DNA from: Mitosporidium daphniae
Lineage: Eukaryota
Length of the DNA: 64,000 nucleotides
NCBI RefSeq assembly: GCF_000760515.2
Contig: NW_013546121.1
Coordinates: 1-64,000, forward strand
Direction: 5' to 3'
The notes below the pieces were generated by a model, which saw only the letters and a list, made by a program, of their open reading frames with translations, did not search any database and was not told the origin of the DNA. The translations under genes and the position numbers were made by a program. Positions 1 to 12,800 of this stretch are shown piece by piece; the first letter of the stretch is position 1, and each line of letters opens with the position of its first letter.

Positions 1-2262
1 CTTTCCGGACAATTTCAGCTCACTAACAAGCTTCTGGATGTCGGCAAGGAGCGAATATTTGACATTAGGACTGATGCCAGATACTCCAATAACACAGGGC
101 TGGTGCTTAGCGATGAACTCGGAAAGCTTTTCCAAGTCTTCCGGCTTTTTGTTCCGATCCAACATATTTGATAACCGAAGAGATTCGACCAAAGCACCCT
201 CTTCATTAATTACAACAGCGTATGTCAGGGACCCTGGAGCGCCATCATACCAGCTTACGGCCATAAATGTAGAAGGAGAATTGCTCGAAGATTCTGGCTG
301 TATAAATTTTCCAAACAAAAGCTTTTCTGTCAGTGAATGCTGGCAAAACTTTCCCACCGTCTCAAGAGCATCTTTCTTCATTTTCTGGCAAAATCTCTTT
401 TTCAAATACGGCATAATGTGGTTATCGACGCAATCCTTCAGAATTTGCTTCCTAAACGGATTCCATTTCTCAGCATTGAGGGAGTATGTTTCGCTCATAA
501 AAAAAGACTCAACTTGGCGATAGTACCTTTCCTCAAATTCAACATCAATCACCACATTTAGAAGATTTACCTTTTCTGCCTCCAGTAGCTCCAGAAACTC
601 GGAATCAACGAACGCAAACATCGGTTTTTTCTGAAGGAACTTGATGTGTGCATATTCGTGAGTAGCGCTGATTTCATGGATGCCTTTTTCTGTTGGATGA
701 GTCGATATAAATATAGAATTCCCAAGAAGCGCTCTAAATGCCTTTCTCACAAAAGGCTCCATTGAAAAATCTTTGGCCAAAAGAGATATCGCATTTTCCT
801 TGATAACTTCTGGGTCTGAATTGTTAGTGGATACCATACTCTGGATCAGAGTTTGCGGTGAAACCGTCGCATCTTCAGGCTCAAATCTCTTCATCATATC
901 GGTCAAATTGATACCAAATTGACGCGGAGTAATGCCAATTTTCGGTAAAAACTCGTGCAAAATCGGGCTTTTTGAGGAAAGCAGTTCAGATTTGCCATCA
1001 ATCCTCTTAATCATGCTGACCGGGCGTTTAAATGCAGTAGATTTGCCGCTGTTAACACTCGAAGATGTGCTAAACGAATCCTTTCCATACTTATAATTGA
1101 TATATTCCAAGCAATCCTCCATATCTTCCTCTTCAAGCTCGGCTTTATTCAGGTAGTGAATAAGATGAGTTTCGTCGATTGAGGAGTTTTCGCGAAGTTC
1201 AAGAAAAGATAGTATTTTTGCTTTTCTTTCCTGCAGTATCTTCCATTTCTCATCATAATCATAAATTGCCCAAAGGTCATCAAGAGAAAGGTACTCTTGA
1301 AAATACTCCTTTCTGTGTGTCGCAATAAAAGGGATCTCAAAAAAATCTTCTCGTATAAATTTTAGAATTGCCGCAATGGCGTTCAGGAATTGCTTTCTAA
1401 ACTCATCCGTCAGTGGCCGCTTTGCGAGCTTTTCAATTTTAAACGCAATATAGACACTCTCCATTCGTAGCTCCGTTTCGGAGATTGGTGGCCTTTGATG
1501 CCCATCTCTTAGCTGAATACGCTCTGGGATATCAATCACCCTGATTGCTTCATCTTCTGTTGTAAAAAGCTTGGCTGCAATCTCGGCAGGCTCATAGATC
1601 TCATCAAGGGAAACGCTTTTTGATCTTATGGAAATATCATCCTGAGGCTCTAGGGACATCTCTAAATCAAAGCCCTCGCCAAAAATATCATTCATTTCTT
1701 GCCATGCACTAAAAATTGATTACTAAAACCGTACTCTGAAAAGGCATTGGATGATGAAGGCGAATGGATTGTTTGGGTCTTCGATACTGATGACCTTGAG
1801 CTTTTATGCAATTTGTTTAGTTTCTGGTCTAATCTGGATGTATTATCTTCCTCATTGTCCATATCCTCTTCAATAAAATTAGCAATGTCATCTTCCTCCT
1901 CTTCCTCTTCATCCTCAAAAAAATCCGCCTCATCTGAATACCGGGAAGAGCTCAGTTTTTGGAATGATTTCCTTGACTTTTGGAAATTTTCTTCAGATTC
2001 ATCGAACATATTTTCTAATGGGGCCGTGTGAGATTTAGCTGCTGATACCACTTCGTCTTCAAAATCTGATGAACTTTCATCGTCTCTAATTCTCCTTTGG
2101 AGCCTTTTAAATTTCTTAGCAGGTTTAATCCTCCGACCTGTATTTTCTTCGATCAATTCAAAATCCTCTTCATCTAAATGATCGTCATCTGAGGAAGAAG
2201 AAGACGATGAAGCTAAAAAAGATAAGAATAACAGTACTCTTAAAGGCGTCCGTGTCTGGCAT
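1..2262 (-). CDS. SPT6: Transcription elongation factor / histone chaperone Spt6, 5' part (runs off the window start)
   Basis: ATG at 2262; GT-AG introns 2213-2237 (25 nt) and 1709-1734 (26 nt); acidic N-terminus with DDDHLDEEDFELIEENTG and KKFKRLQR, then YEPAEI..FTTEDEAIRVIDIPERIQL typical of Spt6. Confidence 0.9.
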
Positions 2263-2303
2263 AAATAAATGAATTCAAAAACAAATTTCAAGATTAAAAT
2301 ATA

Positions 2304-2377
2304 CGCTCCCGGGTGGGCTCGAACCACCAACCTCACGGTTAACAGCCGTGCGCGCTAACCAGTTGCGCCACGGAAGC
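2304..2377 (-). tRNA. tRNA-Asn (GTT)
   Basis: Reverse complement GCTTCCG TGGCGCAACTGGTTAGCGC GCACGG CTGTTAA CCGTG AGGTT GGTGGTTCGAGCCCACC CGGGAGC G folds as a cloverleaf with a GTT anticodon and TTCGA T-loop; TTTT terminator downstream. Confidence 0.97.
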
Positions 2378-2454
2378 ACTTACCATGGATCATTTAATAT
2401 GATTATGTAATACTTTTTTATCGAATTTAAGTAATCTTTTGTTAAAACGAATGA

Positions 2455-4740
2455 ATGGGCCTTAAAGGTCTTTGGCAGATCCTTCAGCCCTCCTCCATCT
2501 CTACATCTTTAGATGATTTGAATTCAAAGACTTTAGCTATTGATGTAAACATTTGGATTTATCAATTACTGCGAGCATCTGGATCACAATCCAAGCCTGG
2601 ATCCTCCTCAAGCTTTGCAGTTGAAATCTTTTTTCATCGACTCTGTAAATTACTGTATGCCAACATATGCCCTGTTATGGTATTTGAAGGTTCAGCACCA
2701 TTTATGAAAAGAAAATCTCTTCAATCGAGGGCTTTACGGCTTGAATCGGATCTTGCCCGGTCTAAGTTATTGCTGAAAAAGATATTTGGTAACTTGCTAT
2801 TATCGCTACAATCAAATAACCCCGCCATCGAAACTTTGGAAAATGAAAGTCTATTAAAACTTGAATCTGCACCTTTGAATTCAAGCATTTGCAGCTCCAT
2901 TACCGAAAATCACGGTTCCAGTTCGGTTCCGGAAATTTACCCCTTTTCTTCAGAATATGACGCATTGTCGTCAGTTAGTAAACTAAAAATCCTAGAGCGT
3001 TATAAAAGACGAAAATATTGCAAACCTTCCTTTTTTAATTGTTCCACGCCTAGTGAAGAAAGCTTCTCTCGTTCACAAATTGAAAGAGTTGAATTTCAAG
3101 GCCGTGTTTTCAAAGAAATCACTCGTTTGAAAGATGAAGCCTCTTTGAGGAAAATATTGCATTCAAAATCGCAGAGGGCAGAATTGAGCTCTTTGAATTC
3201 TCCTCTTACCTCTGAAAAGTCAACCCTGCCGGTTGATATTAAAATTCCAACAGTACTGCCCTCTAAAGATAGCAATTCTGCCTATATGTGTTTCGAAGCC
3301 ATCTGCTCCGAACCTTCCCCATCGCCATTAAAAACAAAATCGATAGACAGTTTTGAAGCTACACCGCTTGGGGTTCCCATTTTAACGAAAAATAGCAGTT
3401 TATTTGAAGATTCCCCTTCTAGTTCGGCTAATGATTCTGAACAGTCCGAGATTCTCGATTTGACCGATGTTGGCGAGTTAAACCCGCCATCAAATGCTCC
3501 TGCTGTTCAAAATAAGGCTAATACTGAAGGGTGTGTTACTATGTTGGATGCTAGAAAAGTGTATTCCTCACCTGAAAAAATGGTGGAAAGCACTTTGAGT
3601 AAAAGTCTTGTTGATAACTTTGATTACCAAGGCAATCTTCATTCTAATGAGTCTGATACTAACTGTACGAGCTTTAATGATTTAAATACCGACCATAATG
3701 ATCCAGATGTTGAACCAACCAATGGCGATCCAAGTATTATATCTAGCAATCTGGATGTTAATTCGAAAGATCCCACCATAGAATACAAAGATCAATATAT
3801 AGCTTCTGATATTGCAAATTTTAGCACCGAAAGGGCCTCTGAAAGCTTTGCCCCGCTGTCAGCTGATCTATTGGTCGAATACAACGATTTGGCCAAAAAA
3901 ACCAGAAAGCCATCAAAAAGCTTGGCCATTCTACTTAAGAAGCTTTCTGTTTTATTTGGATGCACTAATATCGATAGCTATGAGGAAGCCGAGGCTCAAT
4001 GTGCATGGCTAGCAACAAATGGTCTTGTTGATGGTATAGTATCAGATGATTCTGACACAATCATCTTTTGTGAGCTTCTGGGCCCTTCTTCTGAAAATGA
4101 AATCATCATAATTAGAAACTTGTTCGAAAAAAAAAACAGCTCGATTGAATGTTACAATTTATGTCGAATTAGGAGCCTGTTGGGAATTGACTCGTCTATT
4201 TACTTGTCACTGGTCCAGTTCCTAGAATCTGACTACAGTGGTGGCGTTTCAGGACTTGGGCCTGTAACGGCCCTAGAATTATCCGCCTTATTAAAAGACT
4301 GCAAATATGATACTAGTAAATTGCCTCATATCATTCATCACCTGCAAGATAATCATCAGGATCGGATCTCTGAATTCGAAAGATTTAGACCTTTTCTTTC
4401 GAAAATCTCTGTGTGTGCTTGTTCTTCTTTTCCAAACCAGAGCATTGAAAGGGCATATAGATTTCCAAAAGTCCATAAGAGTGTACTGAACAAAAAGCCC
4501 TGTGTAAATGAAATGAAAATCAATGTTCATGAAATATGTGGGTTCATGTTGGAAAATTTAGGTTGGCCTCATGAAAAAACAATGACCTATTTGGCTCCCG
4601 TTTTAAAGCATCGAGATCAAATGCAAGAACGGCGAAAGTGCAAAACGCTGCGATCCTTTTTTCGCGCAACCAAAAAAATTTCACTTAAATCCAAAAGAAT
4701 GAATGCAGCAATTAACTTGCTGCTGAAAAATAAAATTTAA
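2455..4740 (+). CDS. RAD2: XPG/Rad2 structure-specific endonuclease
   Basis: MGLKGLWQIL..LAIDVNIWIYQ (XPG-N), long spacer, EAEAQCA..DGIVSDDSD (XPG-I), GLGPVTALE helix-turn-helix; intronless 761 aa. Confidence 0.9.
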   Translation: MGLKGLWQILQPSSISTSLDDLNSKTLAIDVNIWIYQLLRASGSQSKPGSSSSFAVEIFFHRLCKLLYANICPVMVFEGSAPFMKRKSLQSRALRLESDLARSKLLLKKIFGNLLLSLQSNNPAIETLENESLLKLESAPLNSSICSSITENHGSSSVPEIYPFSSEYDALSSVSKLKILERYKRRKYCKPSFFNCSTPSEESFSRSQIERVEFQGRVFKEITRLKDEASLRKILHSKSQRAELSSLNSPLTSEKSTLPVDIKIPTVLPSKDSNSAYMCFEAICSEPSPSPLKTKSIDSFEATPLGVPILTKNSSLFEDSPSSSANDSEQSEILDLTDVGELNPPSNAPAVQNKANTEGCVTMLDARKVYSSPEKMVESTLSKSLVDNFDYQGNLHSNESDTNCTSFNDLNTDHNDPDVEPTNGDPSIISSNLDVNSKDPTIEYKDQYIASDIANFSTERASESFAPLSADLLVEYNDLAKKTRKPSKSLAILLKKLSVLFGCTNIDSYEEAEAQCAWLATNGLVDGIVSDDSDTIIFCELLGPSSENEIIIIRNLFEKKNSSIECYNLCRIRSLLGIDSSIYLSLVQFLESDYSGGVSGLGPVTALELSALLKDCKYDTSKLPHIIHHLQDNHQDRISEFERFRPFLSKISVCACSSFPNQSIERAYRFPKVHKSVLNKKPCVNEMKINVHEICGFMLENLGWPHEKTMTYLAPVLKHRDQMQERRKCKTLRSFFRATKKISLKSKRMNAAINLLLKNKI

Positions 4741-4884
4741 AAATTCAATAAAGTTGACATTTTATTCTTCGAAGAAAAACTCGGACGAATAAGGTATTCC
4801 GCGTCAGATTAATTTCATCGATCACTGCATTTATTCTTTGATCAATTCTTGCTCATTAGACCTTTTCTTTAATATTGTAGAAAT

Positions 4885-5664
4885 ATGACAGACAGTGCAC
4901 CAGCAAGAAGTGGAGAACGCCCATCTCGTGGATCATTTGGTCGTGGCCGTGGAGGCCGGCCATCAGGCCCGCCTCGCCAAGCTAAGGATTCCGAAAAGGA
5001 ATGGGTTCCAGTAACCAAACTTGGCCGTCTTGTAAAAGATGGAAAAATCAAGTCTATTGAGGAGATTTATCTTTTTTCTCTCCCCATCAAGGAATACCAA
5101 ATCATCGATCACTTTTTCCCCAAGCTGGCAGATCATGTCATGAAAATTATGCCTGTCCAGAAGCAAACACAAGCTGGTCAGCGTACTCGCTTCAAGGCTT
5201 TTGTTATTGTTGGTGACTCTGATGGTCATGTTGGGCTTGGTGTTAAGTGTGCCAAAGAAGTTGCCACAGCCATCCGCGGTGCCATCATTAATGCCAAGCT
5301 CGCCATTATCCCTGTACGCAGAGGATATTGGGGATCTAACATGGGTGAGCCGCACACAGTCCCTGTAAAGGTGACGGGAAAATGTGGCTCTTCAATGATG
5401 CGTCTTGTTCCTGCTCCCCGTGGAACTGGAATTGTTGCTGCTCCTGTGGCAAAGCGCCTCCTTCAATTGGCCGGCATTTCTGATTGCTATACTACGACTC
5501 GTGGTAAGACCCGCACGCTTGGTAACTTTATTCGCGCAACCTTTGCTGCAATCCAAAATACCTATACTTTTATTACTCCTGATCTATGGCGCGAGACTCG
5601 CCTCAGATCCACTCCATATGAAGAGTTTTCGGGCCATCTTTCTCGTGAAATGGCACGCAATTAA
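4885..5664 (+). CDS. RPS2: 40S ribosomal protein uS5 (S2)
   Basis: RGG-rich N-terminus, [29 protein letters not shown]. Confidence 0.98.
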   Translation: MTDSAPARSGERPSRGSFGRGRGGRPSGPPRQAKDSEKEWVPVTKLGRLVKDGKIKSIEEIYLFSLPIKEYQIIDHFFPKLADHVMKIMPVQKQTQAGQRTRFKAFVIVGDSDGHVGLGVKCAKEVATAIRGAIINAKLAIIPVRRGYWGSNMGEPHTVPVKVTGKCGSSMMRLVPAPRGTGIVAAPVAKRLLQLAGISDCYTTTRGKTRTLGNFIRATFAAIQNTYTFITPDLWRETRLRSTPYEEFSGHLSREMARN

Positions 5665-5813
5665 GCCGCCAAAGCCCCCTGGGATTAATAAAATTTCAAT
5701 TTTACGCATTAAATTAATATGTCGTCTCAATTTGACGCTGATATATGAAAAATTAATTCATTTTCTATTACAAATTAGTCTGGCCGCAATCCTACAATTG
5801 GAAAATAGTTTTG

Positions 5814-6946
5814 ATGGAAAATTTTCTCAACCTATTGAGGTCACATTCGTATCTAGGTAGGAAAGCTCTTCGATGTGTTTGCCTTTTTTATGCTCATATC
5901 CCTTTGCTCATATACAATTTAGTTGAGCTAATATATCAAAGGCTCTGCATTCCACACCGTGTGAGGAACAGCCCGCACCACAGATTTGCCAATGATATTT
6001 TTATGTTGATGGTGGACCTCTTTCTTGGGGCTTTTTTATGGCCCCTAATGTTCGAGTTTCTTTTTAAACCTTCGATTTTTTTTCATCTGTATGTAGATCC
6101 CTTTTTCCACAACTATCTTTGTAATATGATTACATGGTTTATGGGATGGCCTGCCGGATTTAAGCTCAACAGCCCTTTAAATTCTTTTCTCGGGAATATG
6201 TTTCTGTGGTCTCTTCATGTTTGGAGAGGTTTTATTTTATCTCTTTTTTGATAGCCAACTTTGTTCCCTTGATTCAGGTCATTATTAGCTCATCCTTCCA
6301 GCCTCTCATTCGTAAGGATGAGAGTTTTTTTTTTGCAAAGCTATTTGGCGCAATGCTAGGAGCATCCAGTGCCCTTGCTCTGTTTGGCGATATTTTCGCA
6401 ATTGCAACGCTCCATTTGAATCTATTTTATCGAGTTTCTTCAAAGATCTTTTATGCTCAGCTTTCGGTTCTTTTAGCTTTATTCAGACTATTCAGAGGTT
6501 GGCATATTTACTTTTGAAGTTTAGGAAAAAGGAAAAATGTTCTAAAAAACCGTGTTGACAGCTGTGAGTATGATTTGGATCAGCTTCTTCTGGGGACAAT
6601 TTTGTTTACCATCATTTCCTTTTTGGTGCCCACCTTATTTCTCTATTATTTATTATTTTCTGGGGTATTTTTCTGCTTCTAATCGTAGTATCGCATCTGT
6701 ATTCTTGCAATCTTTTGCACTGTAAACATATTTCTAGACATGCTTCGCTCGTTCCCTGCTCTGGTTTTTATCAAGAGAGTAACAGATCCGGATTCTTTTC
6801 TCGACAGATCCGAGTACGTGTTAGATACAAAAGACCCCACAAATGTCCGTGCCATAGAAATTAGGAAGCCAATCAAATATTGCACAATTTTTATGAACGG
6901 AATCCTATTTCCACTAATCCTTATTATTAAAAAGACATGTTGCTAA
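5814..6946 (+). CDS. GPI1: GPI-GlcNAc transferase subunit Gpi1/PIG-Q (start uncertain)
   Basis: [18 protein letters not shown] and spliced [31 protein letters not shown]; three short GT-AG introns (~6229, ~6498, ~6665). Confidence 0.88.
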
Positions 6947-6966
6947 AATTTGTATTTTTAAATTTT

Positions 6967-9590
6967 ATGTCTGGCACCTTGTCAGCATCGCTCGTATATG
7001 CTTCCGCTGCATGCAACAAGGGCTCTCAAATGCTAGCCGTTGCCGGAAATGGGATTTCCATTTATGGAAGTAATAGCCTTGTTATTGTGCTCACTCCGTT
7101 TGTATGGAATTTTTCCCTTCTTCTAGGATGCCACTGGTAATGGAATCAGATCCCTGTTTAACAGGCACCACGCCCCGATTACGTGTCTTGACTTTGTATA
7201 TTCACACTTTGATCCCCAAGTTCCGCTTGGGTTTATTTCTTGCTCTGTCGATGGCGAAGCAATATACTGGAAGCTGGATTGCTCGTCTTATTCGGCAATT
7301 CCTTTACTTGATTGGTTTGCTTGTGAGAAAAATTGCAAGATCTATTGCATATCTACAGTTTCTTCGAAATCCTTTTTATCAAGGGATATTGACGAGAAAA
7401 TTCTGGTTGCATTCGGTACAGCAAGTAGTTCGATCGAAATTTACGAGCTTTCTCCCAATTCAAAAGTTCTCAACCATGTGCAGCGGATCGGCTGTGGGCG
7501 CAGTTATACGCTTTGTATTTCTCTTTTGAACATTCCAGGGCGAGGCGCATTGATGGCTACAGGAGGTTCTGACTCCAAGGTACATGTATATTTCTCTCCC
7601 GAAAATGGCTCCTCTTCACGATTCCAACTGTGCTATACATTGGACGGACACGATAACTGGATTCGTGGTCTTTCCCTTGCCTATACTAAGCAATCAAGCA
7701 TTCTATTGTCCAGTGCATCGCAAGACAAGTATATTCGAATCTGGAAGATAGCTTTTTGTGATGAATTGTGCCCACCCAAGGCAGAGGTCACATCGCCCAC
7801 ATTAAAGGCATTTCGGTGGAGTACCGCGGATCTTGGCTTTCACATTGAGACCACGTTGGTGAGCGTCCTTCTGGGTCACGATGACTGGGTCTACTCGTGT
7901 AGGTGGGTTGGCTCTTACATTGAGGACCATAACAGCAATACTTGGCTTTTGCAAGTTCCGCTTTTGCTTTCGGCCTCCTCAGACGGGTCAATGATCTTGT
8001 GGCAGCCATATGAAAAGACGTGGATCAGCATGGTAAGAATTACTTTTTATTTGAAGGCCACTATCGGTGATTTATCAGACACTTTTGGCTACTACGGGGC
8101 CTCTGCTAGTGCAGACCTTCTTAACATCGTTGGCCATTCTCATTCCGGTTCACTGCAGCTATGGAAGAGAGAAGATGCAAGCACGGCATGGCAATGCTTC
8201 GCCATGCCCACAGGCCACACAGGGCCAATTTCAGGGCTATCTCTTTATCCAGATGGTGCAAACTCTTTTCTTGCATCGGTCTCGTACGCAGCTGTCAAAT
8301 AATTTTAGGAAAGACTCGACAACAAGAATACATGCAAAGTGTTCATCCCTTCCGGGATCTCCTTGGCATGAAATTGCACGCCCACAAGTACATGGATATG
8401 AAATGACTGCAATTTCATGGATCCCACCGTGCTCTTCCTCCACAACGACCATCCCCAGATTTATATCTGCAGGCGACGAAAAGGTTAGTGTAGATGCAGA
8501 TACAATCTTATCCCATTTTTGAGTCTTTGAACCGGGCCATCGCGATATTGTTTTCTTTTTCATGCGACTAATGATGTTGTTTATAGGTGTGCCGCATTTT
8601 TGAGGCAACAAAGCCTTTTCTTACACTTGCCAATGCCCTTGGAGTCGGCCATTGGGATCCAAATATGGCTCAGTATGAAAATGCTCAAGTTTCGGCCCTC
8701 GGGTTGACAGCCAAACAGTATTCCGCCTCTTCAGAGCTATTTTCCACAGACCTTACGGCTCTTCCTACAGAGGCGGTCCTTGCCACGTCGACCATTTGGC
8801 CTGAAATCAACCGCCTATATGGGCATCCATACGAAATATATTCGATTGCTGTTTCGCCATGTGGAAATATCCTAGCAACTGCTTGCAAGGTTGATTTATA
8901 ACCTCTCAATCATTATAGTCGACCTCGGTAGAATATGCCGGCATTCGCCTGTATGTGCGGAGTGAAGGGTGTGACAACTGGAAACAGATCAGCGCATCTC
9001 CTTTGCTTGGACATTCTCTCACCATAACACAGATGGCCTTTAGCGCCGATTCCCGCTACTTGCTGTCCCTTTCCAGGGACAGGTCCTGGATGATACATGA
9101 TGTTTGTTCCCAAAACCATGAAATCATACCCAAGTTGGTGGCATGCAGGAAGAATGCGCATGCCCGGATTATTTGGTCTGGCTGCTTTTTGTCCTCCTGT
9201 GGTGGTTCGCTATTAATTGCAACAGCCTCCCGAGACAAGTCCGTAAAGGTTTGGGAGATTGCTACAGAACAGACCACAACAAGCTCGGAAGCATCTGTTT
9301 CGCTGCTGGCAAGTTATTCTTCTCCAACATCTGTGCCAATGTCGATTTGCTCGATTTCTTCGAGCCACATGGTAGCGGGCTATGAGGATGGCTCAATCAA
9401 TATATTATCCGTGAAAGAAAAGAGCTGTATCAGAAGCATTTCTATGGAGCTTTGGGGGGGCGGGCATTCTGGGCCAATCACGGCTCTTGCTTGCTGGAGC
9501 ACCGCCGAAGGCTTGTTGGTTGCATCTGGCAGCGAAGACACTACCGTCCGCATACATCGGTTGGTACATTTTACCTGCGATGATATTTAA
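6967..9590 (+). CDS. ELP2: Elongator complex WD40 subunit Elp2
   Basis: GHDNWIRGL..SASQDKYIRIW, LLGHDDWVYS, WHEIARPQVHGYE, TIWPEINRLYGHPYE, HARIIW; five introns. Confidence 0.93.
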
Positions 9591-9654
9591 ATTAAACAAA
9601 CGCACTTTGGCCGTTTAATTTAACAACACAGCAAATTAACAAATTACAAGCTAA

Positions 9655-9799
9655 TAATTTTGCACCTTTTCTCATTTGGATAGTGGTTTTCATCCATCCC
9701 TTTTTGAATGGTATAAGTGTGCAATAGAAACCCTCGACGTTGCGGCCTGCCATGCACCGTCGATCATTCGTCCGGTGCGAGCCGCCTCGACACACACTT
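9655..9799 (+). ncRNA. Candidate H/ACA box snoRNA
   Basis: Hairpin 1 (TTGCAC 9660/GTGCAA 9719), H-box ATAGAA 9724-9729, hairpin 2 (GCACCG/CGGTGC, GCGGC/GCCGC, TCGA/TCGA), ACA at 9794-9796; lies between two convergent stop codons. Confidence 0.55.
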
Positions 9800-9875
9800 C
9801 CAATATTAAATCAATGCGTTCATTTTACCATTAATTGCTTGACGGCGGTGCCCCAATGCGATTAAAAGAAATTTA

Positions 9876-12800
9876 TTACACATCGGCATTTTCGAGTGGA
9901 AGCCCGCCACCCTCGAGGTTGGAAAATTCCTCTTCCAAAAGAAAATGCTCAACAAGCTCGACATATTCGCGATGGCCCTCGCAGGTACGAGTTTTGTTAA
10001 AAATACTCGTGCCGCCATCGCTGCGTGAACACCAGCCCTTGGTCGCCAAACGTAGAAACGATGCAAGCTGGGCCCGAGGTGTCTCCTCCGTGCCAAAGCA
10101 GGATAGTTTCACTGCAGATGCAGGGGAAGAAATGGAAATGGGAGAACCTTCAGTCTGTACAGGAGAGAATGGTGAAGTTTCTTTGGGTCCATCATCATTA
10201 TTAGCCTTTTGTGTTCTCTCGGCCTCTTCATCGCCGTTTTCTCGTACAATTGAATCGAAAAGAGAAGCCAAAGTACCTGTAGGTCCAAATAGCCACCATG
10301 AATGTAAGCGAAGCTCCTCTACCCCGCTTTTCAACAGCAATTCAAGTAGCTTGCATATGGAGACAAGGTCTGACAGCACCGTGGCATTGAGCCGATCGCG
10401 ACTCGCTGCAGAGACGGTTTGTGGACGAGCGGATCGCTTGAACAAAAGCCGTCCATGGGAAGCCTTTGGGTTTGGCTCTGACCGTAAATCCCCCTGTATG
10501 CTAGCCCCAGACTCGCGCTTAGAAGATTCCTCCTTCTCTTTGGCGGTGAGCCCGGAAATCTTCCCAATATAATACAGGAGCTCGGCGTTCAGCGTTGGCC
10601 ANCACGCCAGCAACATTGATGGGCTATTTAAAAGAACAGCTGGGGTTCTATCGGCGGCGTCGCCTCTCGCGATCGAGGAAGTGGTCTGGCCACCACCGTT
10701 GATTTTGTCCTGCATCGCTATCCGCTCGAATCGTAAAACAAGCACTCGAAAAAGTAAAAAGAGCGCATCCATCAGCAATGAGGCGTGCGAGATCGCCGAA
10801 GAGCTTGCCTCAACTTGATAGTGATCCATTGACCGTACTACACGAAATAGTTCGGCAACCTTCTCGTGTATTTGTGGTAAAAAGAGCGAAGAAGAGGCCG
10901 CTGAGGATGCAAAAAGAAGAGACGACGAAGAAGACGCAGAGAGCATGGCATAAGCCAAGCGCCGCACGGCTCTGATAGTTGCCAGCGAAGAAGGCTCCAA
11001 AGTGGCTACTGCAAAGGAAGGTAAATGCGACCCTTCAGTCGAGACTGTCGAGGAGCCGGACCGGCCGAGCAACGTTGAAAAGAAGGACATTGTTGAAGAG
11101 ACAGATGACGAGGCTGAGGAAGAGGCGGAGCCTTTGTTTCGCAACGAAAGGATCTCCACTGCAGTTCCGTCACCCAAACTGTTTGAACCCCCTGCCACGA
11201 GCGAAGAACTCATCGTAGCGACTAGGGCTCGCCGTAGGCACCAACAGCGGCGTCCGCCCGCGACTCCATCGATCCAGTGGTACAGTGGAAGGGCAAAGAA
11301 CCGCACACTTGTCTCAAGGAAGAGGCTCTCAAGCAACTCACGCCGCCAAGTAAAAGAGGCTGTAGAGGGCATGCGTTGGAGCAGCATCAAGGCTAGGGAA
11401 AGAAATGCATGTAGATCTCCGGCCAAACCTCGGTCACAAGTAATTTTTTTGCGCTCGTCGGTTTGGACATACATTTGGTACGTGGTCTTTTTGAGATTTA
11501 CAGAGTCATTATCACCAAGACAAATGGCAGTATGGCTATCCTCTTTGACAGGGCTACCCAGCCCATGCACCTTTTTATGAGCCAGAAGACAGCCAGAATG
11601 ACCTACGCAGCGGCCCCCCAAGCAACCTGCTGCAAGTGGAGCCCCGGCGCGCTGGAAAGCAGCTAAGGCGGTTCTGATACCCGGCATTAAATAGTTCCCC
11701 ATAAAAAGAGAAACCATGGCCTCTTGTTCTGCAAGTGTTATAATGCCGTCATCCACTGGGCCAAGAAGTATGCCCTCGATGGTCATTCCAGATAGCAGAA
11801 CCAACTCCAGTGGCGGGGAGGCGGCCTTTGCAAAAAAAGGCAAAACTTGCTCAAAAAGCTTTGAGAATATCTCGCCTGCCTCCCGAGCGAGCCTGGAAAC
11901 ACCTACCCATCTTCCGATTCCTGTTACAGTGGTAAGTAGCGAGAGTAGGGCTGATGCAGTCGTCGCGAAAGAAGGCCGCCTCCTTGAAAGCGTGCCCAGT
12001 ACATCCCTGCAAAGGGTGCCGAGCCCAGTCTTGTTCCACGCGGCATCTATGAATTGGGCTCCATCAGTAGCAGGAGTTTCGTACAATATACGTTCTATGA
12101 TGCCGAGCAATGTGGCTTCTGTGGGCGAAGCCACGCCCACTTGCTGTAGAGGAGGTAATGATGCTGGCGGCTTGCTATTCTGAGACAGATGGTAGTGAGA
12201 TCCGAAGGCAGAAGCCAATAGTGAATTTTTGGGGGCAACCAAAAAAAGATCTCGATGAAGGTCGACTATTCCCGCAACAAGTTCAATTCCTCGTTTGACC
12301 AAAAACTCGCCCGAAGCCGTCAAGACGTCACTCTGTTGAGTGAGAAGTGCTGGTAACAGGCGAGGAGCACTTTCTGTGGTCAGTGCCACTGGAATTACCC
12401 AAAGAGGTGCTGGAAGCGACAGAAAAGACAGATGTCGCGAGATTTGCCCATTTGAACCTAGTCTAGTGACTAGCGGTGTTGCGTGCACTAGGCCACACGT
12501 TGGCAAAGTAGTTAGGACTTTCTGGACGCACGAAAGCAGAAGCAAGTCCTGATCGAGCGAACCTCGGTCTAAGAATTCACCAGTATCTCCTGCATGCAGA
12601 ATAGGCGCTGGGGTTACAAACTTAATACCCCCATCAATCTGGTAACCTCCGGTAAGAAAATCGACTATGCGCCAAAAGCATTCGACGCCTTTACAAAAGC
12701 TTGAATTGTGTGTCTGTGAGATCCTTTTATCTTGCTTGCAGATCAAAGATTGCGCGTCAACATTTTGGGCAAAGGTCCACAGAAGAGGTAAGAAAAATGA

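Noticed and set aside
10602..10602. Ambiguous base giving a TGN codon in DOP1
   Set aside because: Assembly ambiguity; the frame continues for ~240 codons, so not evidence of a lesion
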